The notes under the pieces were generated by a model. That model was not told where the DNA came from. It saw only the letters and a list, made by a program, of their open reading frames with translations, and did no database searches. Positions 36,623-46,511 of a stretch of DNA of 46,538 bases are shown piece by piece; position 1 is the stretch's first letter, and every line of letters begins with the position of its first letter. Source of the stretch: Actinomycetota bacterium (lineage in GTDB: Bacteria; Actinomycetota; Actinomycetes; Acidothermales; Acidothermaceae); NCBI GenBank assembly GCA_003134755.1, contig PLCK01000111.1, positions 680-47,217 on the forward strand, read 5' to 3'. The position numbers and the translations under genes are program-made.

Positions 36623-37012
36623 TTAGCCTTCGTGCAGTACGGACAAGATGTTGCCCGCGGGATCCTTGAACCAGGCGATGTCCGGGCCCATGTTGGCCGC
36701 CAGCCCTCGCAGGATGCCCTTGCTGTCTGCCGTGAGTTCGCCGTCGTAGCGTTCGAACACAACGCCCCGCTTGGCGAGTTCGTCGACGGCGGCGTCAATA
36801 TCGTCGACGGGGAAGTTGAGGATCGTGAACGTGGCCGGTGCGTGGTCGGCCTTCGGGTAGATCAGCGTCGCACGGGTGTTGCCCGAGATATGCAGCTCGA
36901 GCATTCCGTGATCTTCGGTGACGCGAACGCCAAGGGTCGTCCCGTAGAACTCCTTCGCCTTGGCGATGTCGTCGACCGAGAACCCGCTGAAGGCGGCAGT
37001 GTTTTCGAACAT
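36623..37012 (-). CDS. VOC/glyoxalase-family protein
   Basis: [47 protein letters not shown]. Confidence 0.75.
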   Translation of the reverse strand: MFENTAAFSGFSVDDIAKAKEFYGTTLGVRVTEDHGMLELHISGNTRATLIYPKADHAPATFTILNFPVDDIDAAVDELAKRGVVFERYDGELTADSKGILRGLAANMGPDIAWFKDPAGNILSVLHEG

Positions 37013-37228
37013 GACGCTCCGTCCCGTTGCATGGCCAGCCGAGCTCCTGGAACTCCGCTCACAAACTACGACCGGCACGGACGGTCAAACTCATCGGCGG
37101 GTGCCGAACTCCCAAAGCATGAGCGGCGGCGACCGCTCCTCCGTCGGCGAAGGTGCCCCTAAGGGCCGGGTGAGCGAAGGGCCGGGCGGGCGCGGGCCGG
37201 GCCGCGACAAGTGCGCGCTGCAGCGGCA

Positions 37229-38002
37229 TCAGCGACCGAGGGAGTCGATCCGCTCGACCTCGTTCGCGGTGAGCGAAAATCCGTCCACGTCGAAGTTCGC
37301 CCTGATGCGCTCCGGCGTCGACGACTTGGGAATGACGACGATGCTCTTCTCGATGTGCCACCGCAATACGACCTGTGCCGCTGTCGCGCCGTGAGCATTC
37401 GCTATCTCGACCAGCACCGGATCCTTGAGGTCGCTTCCCTTGAAGGGGCTGTATCCCTCGAGCACGATGTTGTGCTCGCGGTGATACGCGAACAACCGTG
37501 CGTCGTAGTGCTTCGGGCTCCACGGAATCTGGTTGACCGCCGGGACGACGCCGGTCACGGCGACGAGTTCGTCGAGCTGCGCGGGGCTGTAGTTGCTCAC
37601 CCCGACGTTCCTGGCAAGGCCCGCCTCGCGTGCGGCCAGCAGTTCCCGCCAGGTTTCCGGCGATGCGCCGTGGTCGACCGGCCAGTGGATGAGCCACAGG
37701 TCGACGTAGTCGGTGCCCAACAGGCGAAGGCTCTCGTCCAACGTGTGGCGCGCACGCGCCGCCAGGTTCGGCGGCAGCTTGGTGGTCACGAACACGTTCT
37801 CGCGGCCCACGCCGCTCTCGCGGATGGCGTCGCCGACCTCCGCCTCGTTGCGGTACATCGTCGCGGTGTCGATGTGGCGGTAGCCGGCAACGAGTGCCAA
37901 CCGCACCGCCTCGGCGGCCTGCCGTCCCGTCATCTGCCAGGTACCGAAGCCGAGAACTGGCATCTCTCCGCCGCCGCTTAACGGAACGCCGGCAATCGTC
38001 AT
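37229..38002 (-). CDS. aldo/keto reductase (2,5-diketo-D-gluconate reductase-like)
   Basis: MPVLGFGTWQM..GYRHIDTATMYRNE..VFVTTKL..IPKSSTPERI. The AKR catalytic D/Y/K/H context is present. Confidence 0.88.
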   Translation of the reverse strand: MTIAGVPLSGGGEMPVLGFGTWQMTGRQAAEAVRLALVAGYRHIDTATMYRNEAEVGDAIRESGVGRENVFVTTKLPPNLAARARHTLDESLRLLGTDYVDLWLIHWPVDHGASPETWRELLAAREAGLARNVGVSNYSPAQLDELVAVTGVVPAVNQIPWSPKHYDARLFAYHREHNIVLEGYSPFKGSDLKDPVLVEIANAHGATAAQVVLRWHIEKSIVVIPKSSTPERIRANFDVDGFSLTANEVERIDSLGR

Positions 38003-38085
38003 GGAATCGCCCTTCGCTCGGGTGCGGCCCAGCCAGCGAAGTCTACGATCGACCGGACGTCGGGCCGCAGCCTCGTTGTTGCGGT

Positions 38086-39969
38086 TCAGGCGACGGCGAT
38101 GGGCTCCCCGCGAAATGGTGGACGCCGCGCGCTGCTGTCGATAGGTCCGACGGGCTCGTTGACGGCGAGAAGATCGGCGAATTCGGCAGCCGGCATCGCC
38201 GACGCGAACAGGAAACCCTGGGCATGGTCGCACCCGACGGCCACGATTGCGCTCAGCTGTTCGGGCGTTTCCACCCCTTCGGCGACGACGACCAACTCCA
38301 TGACGTGCGCAAGCTGGGTCATGGCGGCGACCATCGAGCGCGTGGCGTCGGTGCTTCCAAGCACCCGGACGAAGCTCTGGTCGATCTTGAGGATGTCGAC
38401 CGGGAGGTCGCGCAGGTAGCTGAGCGACGAGTAACCGGTGCCGAAGTCGTCGAGGGCCAATCGGACGCCCAATGATCTCAGGTCCCGGAGCACCGTGAGC
38501 GCCCTCGGAACGTCGCCGATGAAAATGCCCTCAGTCACCTCCAGCACCAAACTGGTCGGATCGGTCCCGGTGCTTTCGAGTACGGCGGCGACCGACCGCG
38601 CGTAGCCAGGCGCGAGCATCTGCCGGCTCGAGACATTGACCGCGAGATCCAAGGCGATACGGGGGTTTTGCCGCAGCCATCGGCTGTGATCGGTACAGGC
38701 CCGCTCGAGCACCCACGCACCCAGCGGAACGATAAGGCCGTTGTCCTCGGCGATGCCGATCATGTCGAGGGTGCGGATCGGCCCGCGCTGGGGGTGAGTC
38801 CAGCGCAACAATGCTTCAGCACCGGTCAGCATGCGATCGCCGACCCTTACGATCGGCTGGTAAGCCAGGTCGAGATGATGTTCGGCGAACGCGCTGTGCA
38901 ATTCCTGCTCGAGCGTGTGCCGGTCGGCAGTCTGATGGGCTTCACGGAGGTCGATGACCTGGTGAGCGGCACCGCCCTTTCGTTTCGCCTGGTACATCGC
39001 GATATCTGCGTCTGCGACCAGTTGCTGGTCGATCGCCTCGCCGGGACCCGCGTATGCCATCCCGACGCTCGCGCTCATGGTGATCTGCCGCCCTGACACC
39101 GAGAACGGCAGGCTGAGGGCCTGGTCGATGCGGGTCGCAAGCGTCTCGATGTCGTCGGCGGTTCGCAGGTCTTCACACAAGAAGACGAACTCGTCTCCGC
39201 TGACCCGCGCCAGAGTGTCCCCGGGTCGCACGAGTTGGGTGAGGCGGTGGGCGACTGCGATCAGCAGTTCGTCGCCGACCTGATGCCCGTAGGTGTCGTT
39301 GATTGCCTTGAAACGATCAAGGTCGGCGAACAGTACCGCTGCGTCGGTCTTCGATCGTCTGGCACGTTGCGCGGCGTGCTCCAGCCGCTGCTCCAGCAGT
39401 AGCCGATTTGCCAACCCGGTCAGTGGATCGTGCAGCGCGCTTTCTCTGAATCGGTCCGAGGTTTCGTGTGCGAGCTCGCGAGCTTGCGCATTCAGCACGT
39501 ACGCCGCGGTGACGTCGGCGAGTGTCTGCGCGATCTCCAGGTCGCCGGTTGCGAGCGGACCGGGACTGTCGCGGTACAGATCAAGAGCGCCGAGCCGGCC
39601 ATCGTTGTGCCGCAGCGGAAACGCAAACGCGGCACCGAGCCCGGCGCGGAGCGCCGCAGCGGCGAACGCCGGGAACCTGGTTTCGATGCTGAGGTCAGGC
39701 ACGATGGCGGGTTCCCCTGATTCGTACGCCAGCCGGCACGGACCCTGGGAGTGCTCGGTCTGAAGGCGCTCGTACGTCAGCGCGGCCTGGTTGGACGCGG
39801 CGATGTAGTGCGGGGCGGTGCCTGGGGAGATGAGGGTCACGCCGACGGCACTGACGGGAAGTGCCTCGGCGATTCGGTCGACGAGCCGGTCAAGGATCGC
39901 CTGGATCGGGAAGTCCGTGAGGAGCGTGCGGGCGAATTCGCTCAACAGCGCGGCGAGTTTGTTCTGCAT
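38086..39969 (-). CDS. GAF-GGDEF-EAL signalling protein (EAL intact, GGDEF motif SGDEF)
   Basis: N-terminal GAF-like region. HDPLTGLANR..FADLDRFKAINDTYGHQVGD..RPGDTLARVSGDEFVFLC. The EAL domain has EALLRW, DDFGTGYSSLSYL, KIDQSFV and AEGVET. Confidence 0.9.
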   Translation of the reverse strand: MQNKLAALLSEFARTLLTDFPIQAILDRLVDRIAEALPVSAVGVTLISPGTAPHYIAASNQAALTYERLQTEHSQGPCRLAYESGEPAIVPDLSIETRFPAFAAAALRAGLGAAFAFPLRHNDGRLGALDLYRDSPGPLATGDLEIAQTLADVTAAYVLNAQARELAHETSDRFRESALHDPLTGLANRLLLEQRLEHAAQRARRSKTDAAVLFADLDRFKAINDTYGHQVGDELLIAVAHRLTQLVRPGDTLARVSGDEFVFLCEDLRTADDIETLATRIDQALSLPFSVSGRQITMSASVGMAYAGPGEAIDQQLVADADIAMYQAKRKGGAAHQVIDLREAHQTADRHTLEQELHSAFAEHHLDLAYQPIVRVGDRMLTGAEALLRWTHPQRGPIRTLDMIGIAEDNGLIVPLGAWVLERACTDHSRWLRQNPRIALDLAVNVSSRQMLAPGYARSVAAVLESTGTDPTSLVLEVTEGIFIGDVPRALTVLRDLRSLGVRLALDDFGTGYSSLSYLRDLPVDILKIDQSFVRVLGSTDATRSMVAAMTQLAHVMELVVVAEGVETPEQLSAIVAVGCDHAQGFLFASAMPAAEFADLLAVNEPVGPIDSSARRPPFRGEPIAVA

Positions 39970-40070
39970 GCACGTCCAACCGTCGATGGGACACACCCGC
40001 ATGGTCTGGACGAGACAGTTATCCCAGCGTACGCGGTTAACTACTCGCCGTCACCGTTGGCTGGGAAGAT

Positions 40071-40490
40071 CTATGGGCGACCTGGTGCGTCCGCCGCCCC
40101 GAACAGGGTGAGCTGGACGCCGTTGCTGTCGTCGAGCCTCGCGTTCAGGCTCTCCCACGGTGTGGCCGTGGGTGTCGCGATCAGGGTCGCGCCGTGGTCG
40201 AGGGCGGCAGTTGTTGCGTGTCGAACATCGGTGACTTCGAGAGCGATCCGGATCTGGCCGGCCACTCGGCGTCCAACCTCGACGTCGTCGACGTACCCGG
40301 CGTGCTGCTGATCGGCGATCTCGATGGTCGCTCTCCCGGCGTCAACCACGATGACCCGCCCGGTCGGCGCGGAGTAGTCGGCGATCTGGGGCATCCCGAG
40401 GGCGTCGCGGTACAGCGCGACGGCCGCGTCGTAGTCATCGACCGTGATCACGACCCGCAGCTCGGAGACTCCACCGACCGGCTCAGTCAT
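40071..40490 (-). CDS. VOC/glyoxalase-family protein
   Basis: LRVVITVDDYDAAVALYRDALGM..ATPWESLNARLDDSNGVQLTLF. Confidence 0.7.
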   Translation of the reverse strand: MTEPVGGVSELRVVITVDDYDAAVALYRDALGMPQIADYSAPTGRVIVVDAGRATIEIADQQHAGYVDDVEVGRRVAGQIRIALEVTDVRHATTAALDHGATLIATPTATPWESLNARLDDSNGVQLTLFGAADAPGRP

Positions 40491-40522
40491 GGCGTTCCCT
40501 TACTCGCGCGCTCGTTGCTGGA

Positions 40523-40963
40523 TCAGCCGGCTCGGCGTCGGCGCGGTTGGCATGCGGCGCAGGTGCCGACGATCTCGACAGTGTGCGCGATGTCGGTATA
40601 CCCCTCGCGACGACCGACTTCGGTGGTCCACGCCTCAATGCTTGGACCGTCGACCTCGACGGTGCGCCCGCACACGCGGCACAACAGATGGTGGTGATGG
40701 GCCTCGGTCCGGCATTGCCGGTACAACGCCTCGCCGGACTCGCTGCGTAAGACGTCGACTTCACCGGCATCCGCCAAGGCTTTGAGCTGGTTGTACACCG
40801 TGGTCAGCCCAACCCGCTCTCCTCGCGCCCGCAGCAGCTGATGCAGGTCTTGGGCGGTGCGAAACGCCTCGAGGTCGCCGAGCAGGCCAGCCAACGCCCG
40901 CTTCTGCTTGGTCGAACGCTCTCCTCGCGGAGCGAGCTCACTGTCGGCGGCGGGCATCGCCAT
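40523..40963 (-). CDS. zur: Fur-family metalloregulator, probably Zur
   Basis: TAQDLHQLLRARGERVGLTTVYNQLKALADAGEV is a winged helix. HHHHLLCRVCGRT..GTCAAC has two CxxC pairs. Divergent from a ZnuA-type metal ABC operon. Metal specificity is inferred from context. Confidence 0.75.
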   Translation of the reverse strand: MAMPAADSELAPRGERSTKQKRALAGLLGDLEAFRTAQDLHQLLRARGERVGLTTVYNQLKALADAGEVDVLRSESGEALYRQCRTEAHHHHLLCRVCGRTVEVDGPSIEAWTTEVGRREGYTDIAHTVEIVGTCAACQPRRRRAG

Positions 40964-41165
40964 GTCCCTCCTCGGTCGGGTCGGCTCGAATGCGACCGAC
41001 CTCCAGTGCGCTCAGCACACAGTAACGACGCGAAGGTCATGCGGCGAGATCGAGCTCAGGCAGCTTATCGCTATTGACAACCGTTACGGATTAGGATTGA
41101 GTAAATGAGCCGCCTACGCCGGCGTCAACTCGTCGAACGCCCTGTCCGATCCCAGGAGAAGGTTC

Positions 41166-42092
41166 GTGTTCAATCGCTCGATCGCGGTTGCGGCCGGCGC
41201 GCTGTTGGGTGTGGTGACCCTGACGGCCTGCGCGACGTCTTCGGCGTCCCCTGGGTCGAGACTGGGCAGTGGCAAGGCACTTACCGTGGCAGCGAGCATC
41301 AACGCGTGGGGCAGCATGCTGTCCCAGCTGGGTGGGGACAAGGTGCACGAAACGTCGATCGTCAGCCGTCCGAACACCGATCCGCACGACTACGAGCCGA
41401 CACCCGCCGACGGCCGCACAATCGCGGCGTCCAGACTCTTTGTTGAAAACGGCATCGGATACGACTCGTGGGCAGCGAAGGCGGTCGCGGCCAGTGGCGA
41501 TTCGACGCGGATGGTCATCGACGTCGGTCGGCTGGTCGGAGTTGCCGAAGGTGGCAATCCACATCGCTGGTACTCACCTACCGACGTGGAGACAGTCGCG
41601 AATGCCATCACTGCGGATCTGAAAATGGTCGATCCCGCGGACGCGACCTACTTCGACGCGCAGCGGCAGACGTTCGAGAACACCGGTCTGGCCACGTACC
41701 ACCAGCTCGTCCACGACATCAAAACCAAGTACTCGGGGACGCCGGTTGGTGCGAGCGAGAGCATCTTCGCCCCACTGTCCGAGGCGTTAGGTCTGGACCT
41801 GCTGACCCCGCCGAGTTTCCTCAAGGACATCAGCGAGGGCACCGACCCGTCGGCCGCCGACAAGGCCACCATCGATCACCAGATCAGCACGAAGCTGATC
41901 AAGGTGTACGTGTTCAACCGTCAGAACTCGACGCCGGACGTCGCTGCGCAGGTCGCGGCGGCGAAGAGCGCGGGCATCCCGGTTACCACGATCACCGAAA
42001 CGCTGTCGCCGGTCGGCATGAGTTTCCAGGACTGGCAGTCCGCACAGCTGCGTGCTTTGGAGACGGCGTTACAACAGGCGACCAGCGCATGA
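41166..42092 (+). CDS. metal (Zn/Mn) ABC transporter substrate-binding lipoprotein (ZnuA/TroA family)
   Basis: GTG start. Lipobox VVTLTAC. PNTDPHDYEPTPAD and GGNPHRWYSP are typical cluster-A-I SBP metal-ligand motifs. Confidence 0.85.
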   Translation: MFNRSIAVAAGALLGVVTLTACATSSASPGSRLGSGKALTVAASINAWGSMLSQLGGDKVHETSIVSRPNTDPHDYEPTPADGRTIAASRLFVENGIGYDSWAAKAVAASGDSTRMVIDVGRLVGVAEGGNPHRWYSPTDVETVANAITADLKMVDPADATYFDAQRQTFENTGLATYHQLVHDIKTKYSGTPVGASESIFAPLSEALGLDLLTPPSFLKDISEGTDPSAADKATIDHQISTKLIKVYVFNRQNSTPDVAAQVAAAKSAGIPVTTITETLSPVGMSFQDWQSAQLRALETALQQATSA

Positions 42093-42922
42093 GGCCAATC
42101 GACGACTCCCGTGTCGTTGTGTCGCTGGAGCACGCGGCGACGACCGTCGGGGGCCGCACGATCTGGTCCGACGTGACGTTGCAGGTCCGAGCCGGCGAGT
42201 TCGTGGCCGTGCTCGGTCCTAACGGCGTCGGCAAATCGACGTTCCTTAAGGCGCTGCTCGGCCTTCAGCCGCTCAGCGCGGGCCAGCTCGAGGTGCTCGG
42301 TACGCATCAAGGCCGGCAGAACGCCCGCATCGGCTACCTGCCACAGCGACGGGCGTTCGATCCGTCGACCCGGATTCGCGGCGTCGACGTCGTGGGACTC
42401 GGCTGGGACGGCGACCGCTGGGGCATCCCGCTCCCTGCGCGGTTCGGCGGCCGGCATGCACGCGAGGGCGACGAGCGGGTGCGGGAAGTCATCGAGCTGG
42501 TCGGTGCCACGAGCTACGCCTACCGCCCGATCGGTGAGTGCTCCGGTGGTGAGCAGCAACGGCTGCTGATCGCGCAAGCTTTGGTGAGCCGACCCGATCT
42601 GTTGCTGCTCGACGAGCCGCTCGACAGCCTCGACGTGACCAATCAAGCCTCTGTCAGTGCGCTGATCCAGTCGGTGTGCCGCAGCCAGGGCGTGGCCGTT
42701 CTTCTCGTCGCGCACGACGTCAACCCGATCCTGCGCTATCTCGACCAGGTCATCTATCTGGCCCGCGGCGGTGCGGTGATGGGTCCACCGGAGGAAGTCA
42801 TCACCGCCGACACGCTCACCATGCTCTACGGCACGCCGATAGATGTGCTCCGCGATCGCGCTGGGCGTCTGGTCGTGGTGGGCCAACCCGACAGCCACAC
42901 GCATCACCACTCGTCGACATGA
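42089..42922 (+). CDS. metal ABC transporter ATP-binding protein (ZnuC-like) with His-rich C-terminus
   Basis: ATGA overlap with the SBP stop. Walker A GPNGVGKST, signature SGGEQQR and Walker B LLLLDEP. Ends in DSHTHHHSST. Confidence 0.88.
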   Translation: MRPIDDSRVVVSLEHAATTVGGRTIWSDVTLQVRAGEFVAVLGPNGVGKSTFLKALLGLQPLSAGQLEVLGTHQGRQNARIGYLPQRRAFDPSTRIRGVDVVGLGWDGDRWGIPLPARFGGRHAREGDERVREVIELVGATSYAYRPIGECSGGEQQRLLIAQALVSRPDLLLLDEPLDSLDVTNQASVSALIQSVCRSQGVAVLLVAHDVNPILRYLDQVIYLARGGAVMGPPEEVITADTLTMLYGTPIDVLRDRAGRLVVVGQPDSHTHHHSST

Positions 42923-42932
42923 AAGAGTCGGC

Positions 42933-43862
42933 GTGAACGCCCGCTTCAGTTGGAACATCGCGGACGACGTCCGACAGATGCTCGCCTTTCATTTCATGGT
43001 GAACGCGCTACGTGCCGGCACGATCGTTGCCGTGGTCGCGGGCGCGATCGGGTACTTCATGGTGCTGCGGCGGCAAAGCTTCGCTGGCCACACCCTGGCG
43101 GTGATCGGGTTCCCCGGCGCCGCGGGAGCCATCTGGCTCGGTATCAACGCCGGGTTCGGCTACTTCGGATTCTGCATCGCGGGCGCCCTCGTCATCGCCG
43201 CGCTGTCGCGGAACGGGCGGGCGAACACCGGCCTCGGCGGCGACGCCCAGGAATCGGCGGTCATCGGCACGGTCCAAGCGTTCGCGCTTGCCTGCGGGTT
43301 CTTGTTCGTCAGTCTCTACAAAGGCTTCCTGTCCGGTCTGAACAGCCTGCTGTTCGGCAGCATCGTCGGCGTTACCGACACCCAACTCGTCACCTTGCTC
43401 ATCGCCGGTCTTGGTTGTCTGGTCGCGCTCGCCGCGTTCGGGCGGCGGTTGCTGTTCGCGAGCGTCGACCCCGACGTCGCCCAGGCGCGCGGGATCCCGG
43501 TGCGCCTCGTGAACGGTGCTTTCCTTGTCCTGCTCGGAATCGCTGCGGCCGGCACCAGCCAGGTCACCGGCAGTCTGCTCGTCTTCGCGCTGCTCGTGGC
43601 ACCTGCCGCTACCGCGGTCCGGCTGACCGCCCGCCCGGCAGCAGGACTCGTGCTGTCGGTCGTGCTGGCGTTGGCGGTCACCTGGGTCGGCGAAGGTATC
43701 GCGTTCTTCTCGCCGTATCCGATCGGCTTCTGGGTGACCACCTTGGCCTTCGGGTCGTTCCTGCTTGCAGCCGGCTATCGGGCCGCCGTCGATCGTGCCG
43801 GACGCCGAGGTGCGTCGCGAGCCGAGCGGGTGACGGTTTCGACCGCCGGGAGCCCGGCGTGA
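42933..43862 (+). CDS. metal ABC transporter permease (ABC-3 family)
   Basis: GTG at 42933. FMVNALRAGTIVAVVAGAIGYFMVLRRQSFAGHTLAVIGFPGAAGA, polytopic. Confidence 0.85.
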   Translation: MNARFSWNIADDVRQMLAFHFMVNALRAGTIVAVVAGAIGYFMVLRRQSFAGHTLAVIGFPGAAGAIWLGINAGFGYFGFCIAGALVIAALSRNGRANTGLGGDAQESAVIGTVQAFALACGFLFVSLYKGFLSGLNSLLFGSIVGVTDTQLVTLLIAGLGCLVALAAFGRRLLFASVDPDVAQARGIPVRLVNGAFLVLLGIAAAGTSQVTGSLLVFALLVAPAATAVRLTARPAAGLVLSVVLALAVTWVGEGIAFFSPYPIGFWVTTLAFGSFLLAAGYRAAVDRAGRRGASRAERVTVSTAGSPA

Positions 43863-44821
43863 TTCCACGCACCGTGGTCTCGAGCGCTGATCCGATTCAC
43901 GGCGTCGCGACGATGCTTTCGCATCCGTTCATCCAGCACGCGTTTGTGGCCGGCACGACAATTGCGTTGCTATCTGGGCTCGTCGGTTACTTCGTCGTCC
44001 TGCGTGGGCAGGTCTTCGCCGGCGACGCGCTGTCGCACGTCGCGTACACGGGGGCTCTTGCCGCACTCGCGGCAGGCGTCGATCTGCGGTTCGGGCTGTT
44101 CGCTGCCACCGTGCTCGTCGGACTTGCCCTCGGATTCATTGGCGGCCGGCGGGCGGCCGATGACGTCGTCATCGGCACCACCTTCGCGTGGGTGCTCGGC
44201 CTCGGAGTCTTCTTCCTTGCCCTCTATACGACGCACAGCAGTACCGGCAACGGCTCGGCGAACGTCACCGTGCTGTTCGGTTCGATCTTCGGTATCAGCG
44301 CGAGCGCGGCGACCATCGCGACCGTCATCGCGGCCGGGCTGATCGGCGTCCTTCTTGTGATTGCGCGACCGTTGATGTTCAGCAGTATCGATCCGACTGT
44401 CGCCGCCGCTCGCGGGGTGCCGGTGCGATCGATAGGGCCACTGTTCCTTGCGATTGTCGGAGCCACCGCCGCCGAAGCCAGCCAGGCGATCGGCGCATTG
44501 TTGCTGTTCGGATTGCTCGCTGCGCCGGCGGCCGCCGCGCAACAACTCACGAACAACCCTTGGCGCGCGCTGCCGCTATCGGGGATGCTCGCCATCGTTG
44601 CCGTCTGGTCCGGACTCTGCCTGGGCTATGCCGCACCGAAATTGCCCGCCAGTTTCGCCATCATGACGGTGGCCACCGCGGAGTACGCAATCGCCGCGCT
44701 GGTCACAACCGCCAAGTCCCGTTCCCGCGCCGCGCCTTCCCATGATCACGACATGGCGCCGTCCCGTGATCACGAAGGCTTTCCGCTAAGTAGCGACGAA
44801 ATTCCGTCGCCGAACGGCTGA
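43859..44821 (+). CDS. second metal ABC transporter permease (ABC-3 family) with His/Asp-rich tail
   Basis: GTGA overlap with the previous stop; alternative ATG at 43913. FIQHAFVAGTTIALLSGLVGYFVVLRGQVFAGDALSHVAYTGA. C-terminus is PSHDHDMAPSRDHEG. Confidence 0.85.
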   Translation: MIPRTVVSSADPIHGVATMLSHPFIQHAFVAGTTIALLSGLVGYFVVLRGQVFAGDALSHVAYTGALAALAAGVDLRFGLFAATVLVGLALGFIGGRRAADDVVIGTTFAWVLGLGVFFLALYTTHSSTGNGSANVTVLFGSIFGISASAATIATVIAAGLIGVLLVIARPLMFSSIDPTVAAARGVPVRSIGPLFLAIVGATAAEASQAIGALLLFGLLAAPAAAAQQLTNNPWRALPLSGMLAIVAVWSGLCLGYAAPKLPASFAIMTVATAEYAIAALVTTAKSRSRAAPSHDHDMAPSRDHEGFPLSSDEIPSPNG

Positions 44822-44822
44822 G

Positions 44823-46178
44823 TTAGCCGGCGGCCATGTCGATGAAGCGGCTGTAGTGACCCTGGAACGCCACGACGATCGTGTTCGTCGGGCCGTTTCG
44901 GTGCTTGGCGACGATGAGGTCGGCTTCGCCCGCGCGCGGCGACTCGCGTTCGTACATGTCTTCCCGGTGCAGCAGGATCACCAGGTCGGCGTCCTGCTCG
45001 ATGGCACCGGACTCGCGGAGGTCTGACAGTTGCGGTTTCTTGTCCGTGCGCTGCTCGGAACCTCGGTTCAGCTGCGAAAGCGCGATGACCGGAACCTCGA
45101 GCTCCTTCGCCAGCAGTTTGAGCGACCGCGAGATCTGGCTCACCTCTTGCTGGCGGTTCTCGACCTTCGAATGTGAACTCATCAGCTGTAGATAGTCGAC
45201 GATCACGAGCCGCAATTCGTTGCGCTGCTTCAGCCGCCTCGACTTCGCCCGGATCTCCATCATCGTTAGGTTCGGCGAGTCGTCGATGTACAGCGGCGCG
45301 CTCGCCATCTCGCCCAGCCGCCTGGTGAGTTTCACCCAGTCGTCATCGCGCATCTGACCGGTGCGCATCGTCTGCAACGGGATGCGGGCTTCGGCGGAGA
45401 GCAATCGCATCGTGATCTCGTGCTTGCTCATCTCGAGCGAGAACAGCACCGAGGTCTGGTTGTGCCTGATGGACGCGGCCCTGGCGATGTCGAGCGCGAA
45501 CGTCGACTTACCCATCGCCGGCCTTGCCGCGACGACTATGAGCTGGCCCGGATGCAGGCCGTTCGTCAGCGAGTCGAGGTCGGCAAAACCAGTAGGCACG
45601 CCGGTAAGGCCGCCGCCGCGGTGGCCACTCGCCTCGATCTCGTCCATCGTCGGCTGCAGCAGCGACTCGAGGATGCTGTAGTCGTCGGTAGTCCGGCGCT
45701 CGGTGACGTCATAGATGGCTGCCTGCGCGCGATCGACGATGTCGTCGACCTCGTTGCCGACCCCGGAGTAGCCGAGCTGCACGATCCGGGTGCCGGCTTC
45801 GACGAGCCTGCGCAAGATGGCCCGCTCGGCCACGATTTTCGCGTAATAGCCGGCGTTCGCGGCCGTCGGGACCGACGAGATGAGCGTGTGCAGGTAAGGC
45901 GCGCCGCCGATGCGAGCGATCTCACCACGCTTGGTGAGTTCGGCCGCCACCGTGACCGCGTCGGCGGGCTCGCCCCTCCCGTAGAGGTCGAGCACGATGT
46001 CGAAAATCGTCTGGTGCGCCGGCCGGTAGAAGTCGTTGCCGTGCAGCGACTCGACCACGTCGGCGATCGCGTCTTTGCTCAACAGCATTCCGCCGAGTAC
46101 GGACTGTTCGGCGTTGATGTCTTGCGGTGGGGTGCGGTCGAGCTCGCGTGCCTGCCCTGGCAGCTCGATCACGCTCAC
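44823..46178 (-). CDS. dnaB: replicative DNA helicase
   Basis: PPQDINAEQSVLGGMLLSKDAI is the DnaB N-domain. Walker A ARPAMGKSTFAL, LVIVDYLQLM, and a RecA-like C-domain. 451 aa, no intein. Confidence 0.95.
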   Translation of the reverse strand: MSVIELPGQARELDRTPPQDINAEQSVLGGMLLSKDAIADVVESLHGNDFYRPAHQTIFDIVLDLYGRGEPADAVTVAAELTKRGEIARIGGAPYLHTLISSVPTAANAGYYAKIVAERAILRRLVEAGTRIVQLGYSGVGNEVDDIVDRAQAAIYDVTERRTTDDYSILESLLQPTMDEIEASGHRGGGLTGVPTGFADLDSLTNGLHPGQLIVVAARPAMGKSTFALDIARAASIRHNQTSVLFSLEMSKHEITMRLLSAEARIPLQTMRTGQMRDDDWVKLTRRLGEMASAPLYIDDSPNLTMMEIRAKSRRLKQRNELRLVIVDYLQLMSSHSKVENRQQEVSQISRSLKLLAKELEVPVIALSQLNRGSEQRTDKKPQLSDLRESGAIEQDADLVILLHREDMYERESPRAGEADLIVAKHRNGPTNTIVVAFQGHYSRFIDMAAG

Positions 46179-46392
46179 TGCCGCGCCTCCCGACCGATAA
46201 CCCGTTCACGAACGTCATTCGTAGGTGTACTGGCGACGTCTGACATTCCTCCATGGCGGCACGCCACGTACCAAACATCCGCCTTGCCGGACCTTAGGCA
46301 CTCACCGACACGCCGGGAAGCCGCCGCCGCACAGGGGGCTGTGTGCGTGCTGTGCACAACCGTGCTGTGGTTGTGGAGCGGGTGTGCAGACT

Positions 46393-46511
46393 CTGTGGAC
46401 GGCGACCTCCTGAGGCACCCGCAGGCTTGACCTGCCTCGGCAATCGGCGTCCACCGGCTGTGGACGGCAAAAAAGCTGGCCGTTCGGCTCCGGCGTCTCA
46501 CAACGTGGACG
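46393..46511. repeat. cluster of GTGGACG heptamers (3 direct, 1 inverted) including an exact 11-mer CTGTGGACGGC x2
   Basis: CTGTGGACGGC at 46393-46403 and 46458-46468. GTGGACG again at 46505-46511. Inverted CGTCCAC at 46448-46454. An adjacent TGTGCACA palindrome lies at 46351-46358. Confidence 0.7.

Noticed and set aside
41040-41165. Search for a canonical Zur box (TGAAAATGATTTTCA-like palindrome) between zur and the SBP gene.
   Set aside because: Only an AT-rich patch with TTGACA was found, with no convincing palindrome by eye. I left it as an unresolved promoter region and did not call an operator.
46175-46501. A 108-aa minus-strand ORF upstream of dnaB.
   Set aside because: It has an Arg/Cys/His-rich composition and mixed GC3, and it overlaps the repeat cluster. 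It is more likely noncoding leader.
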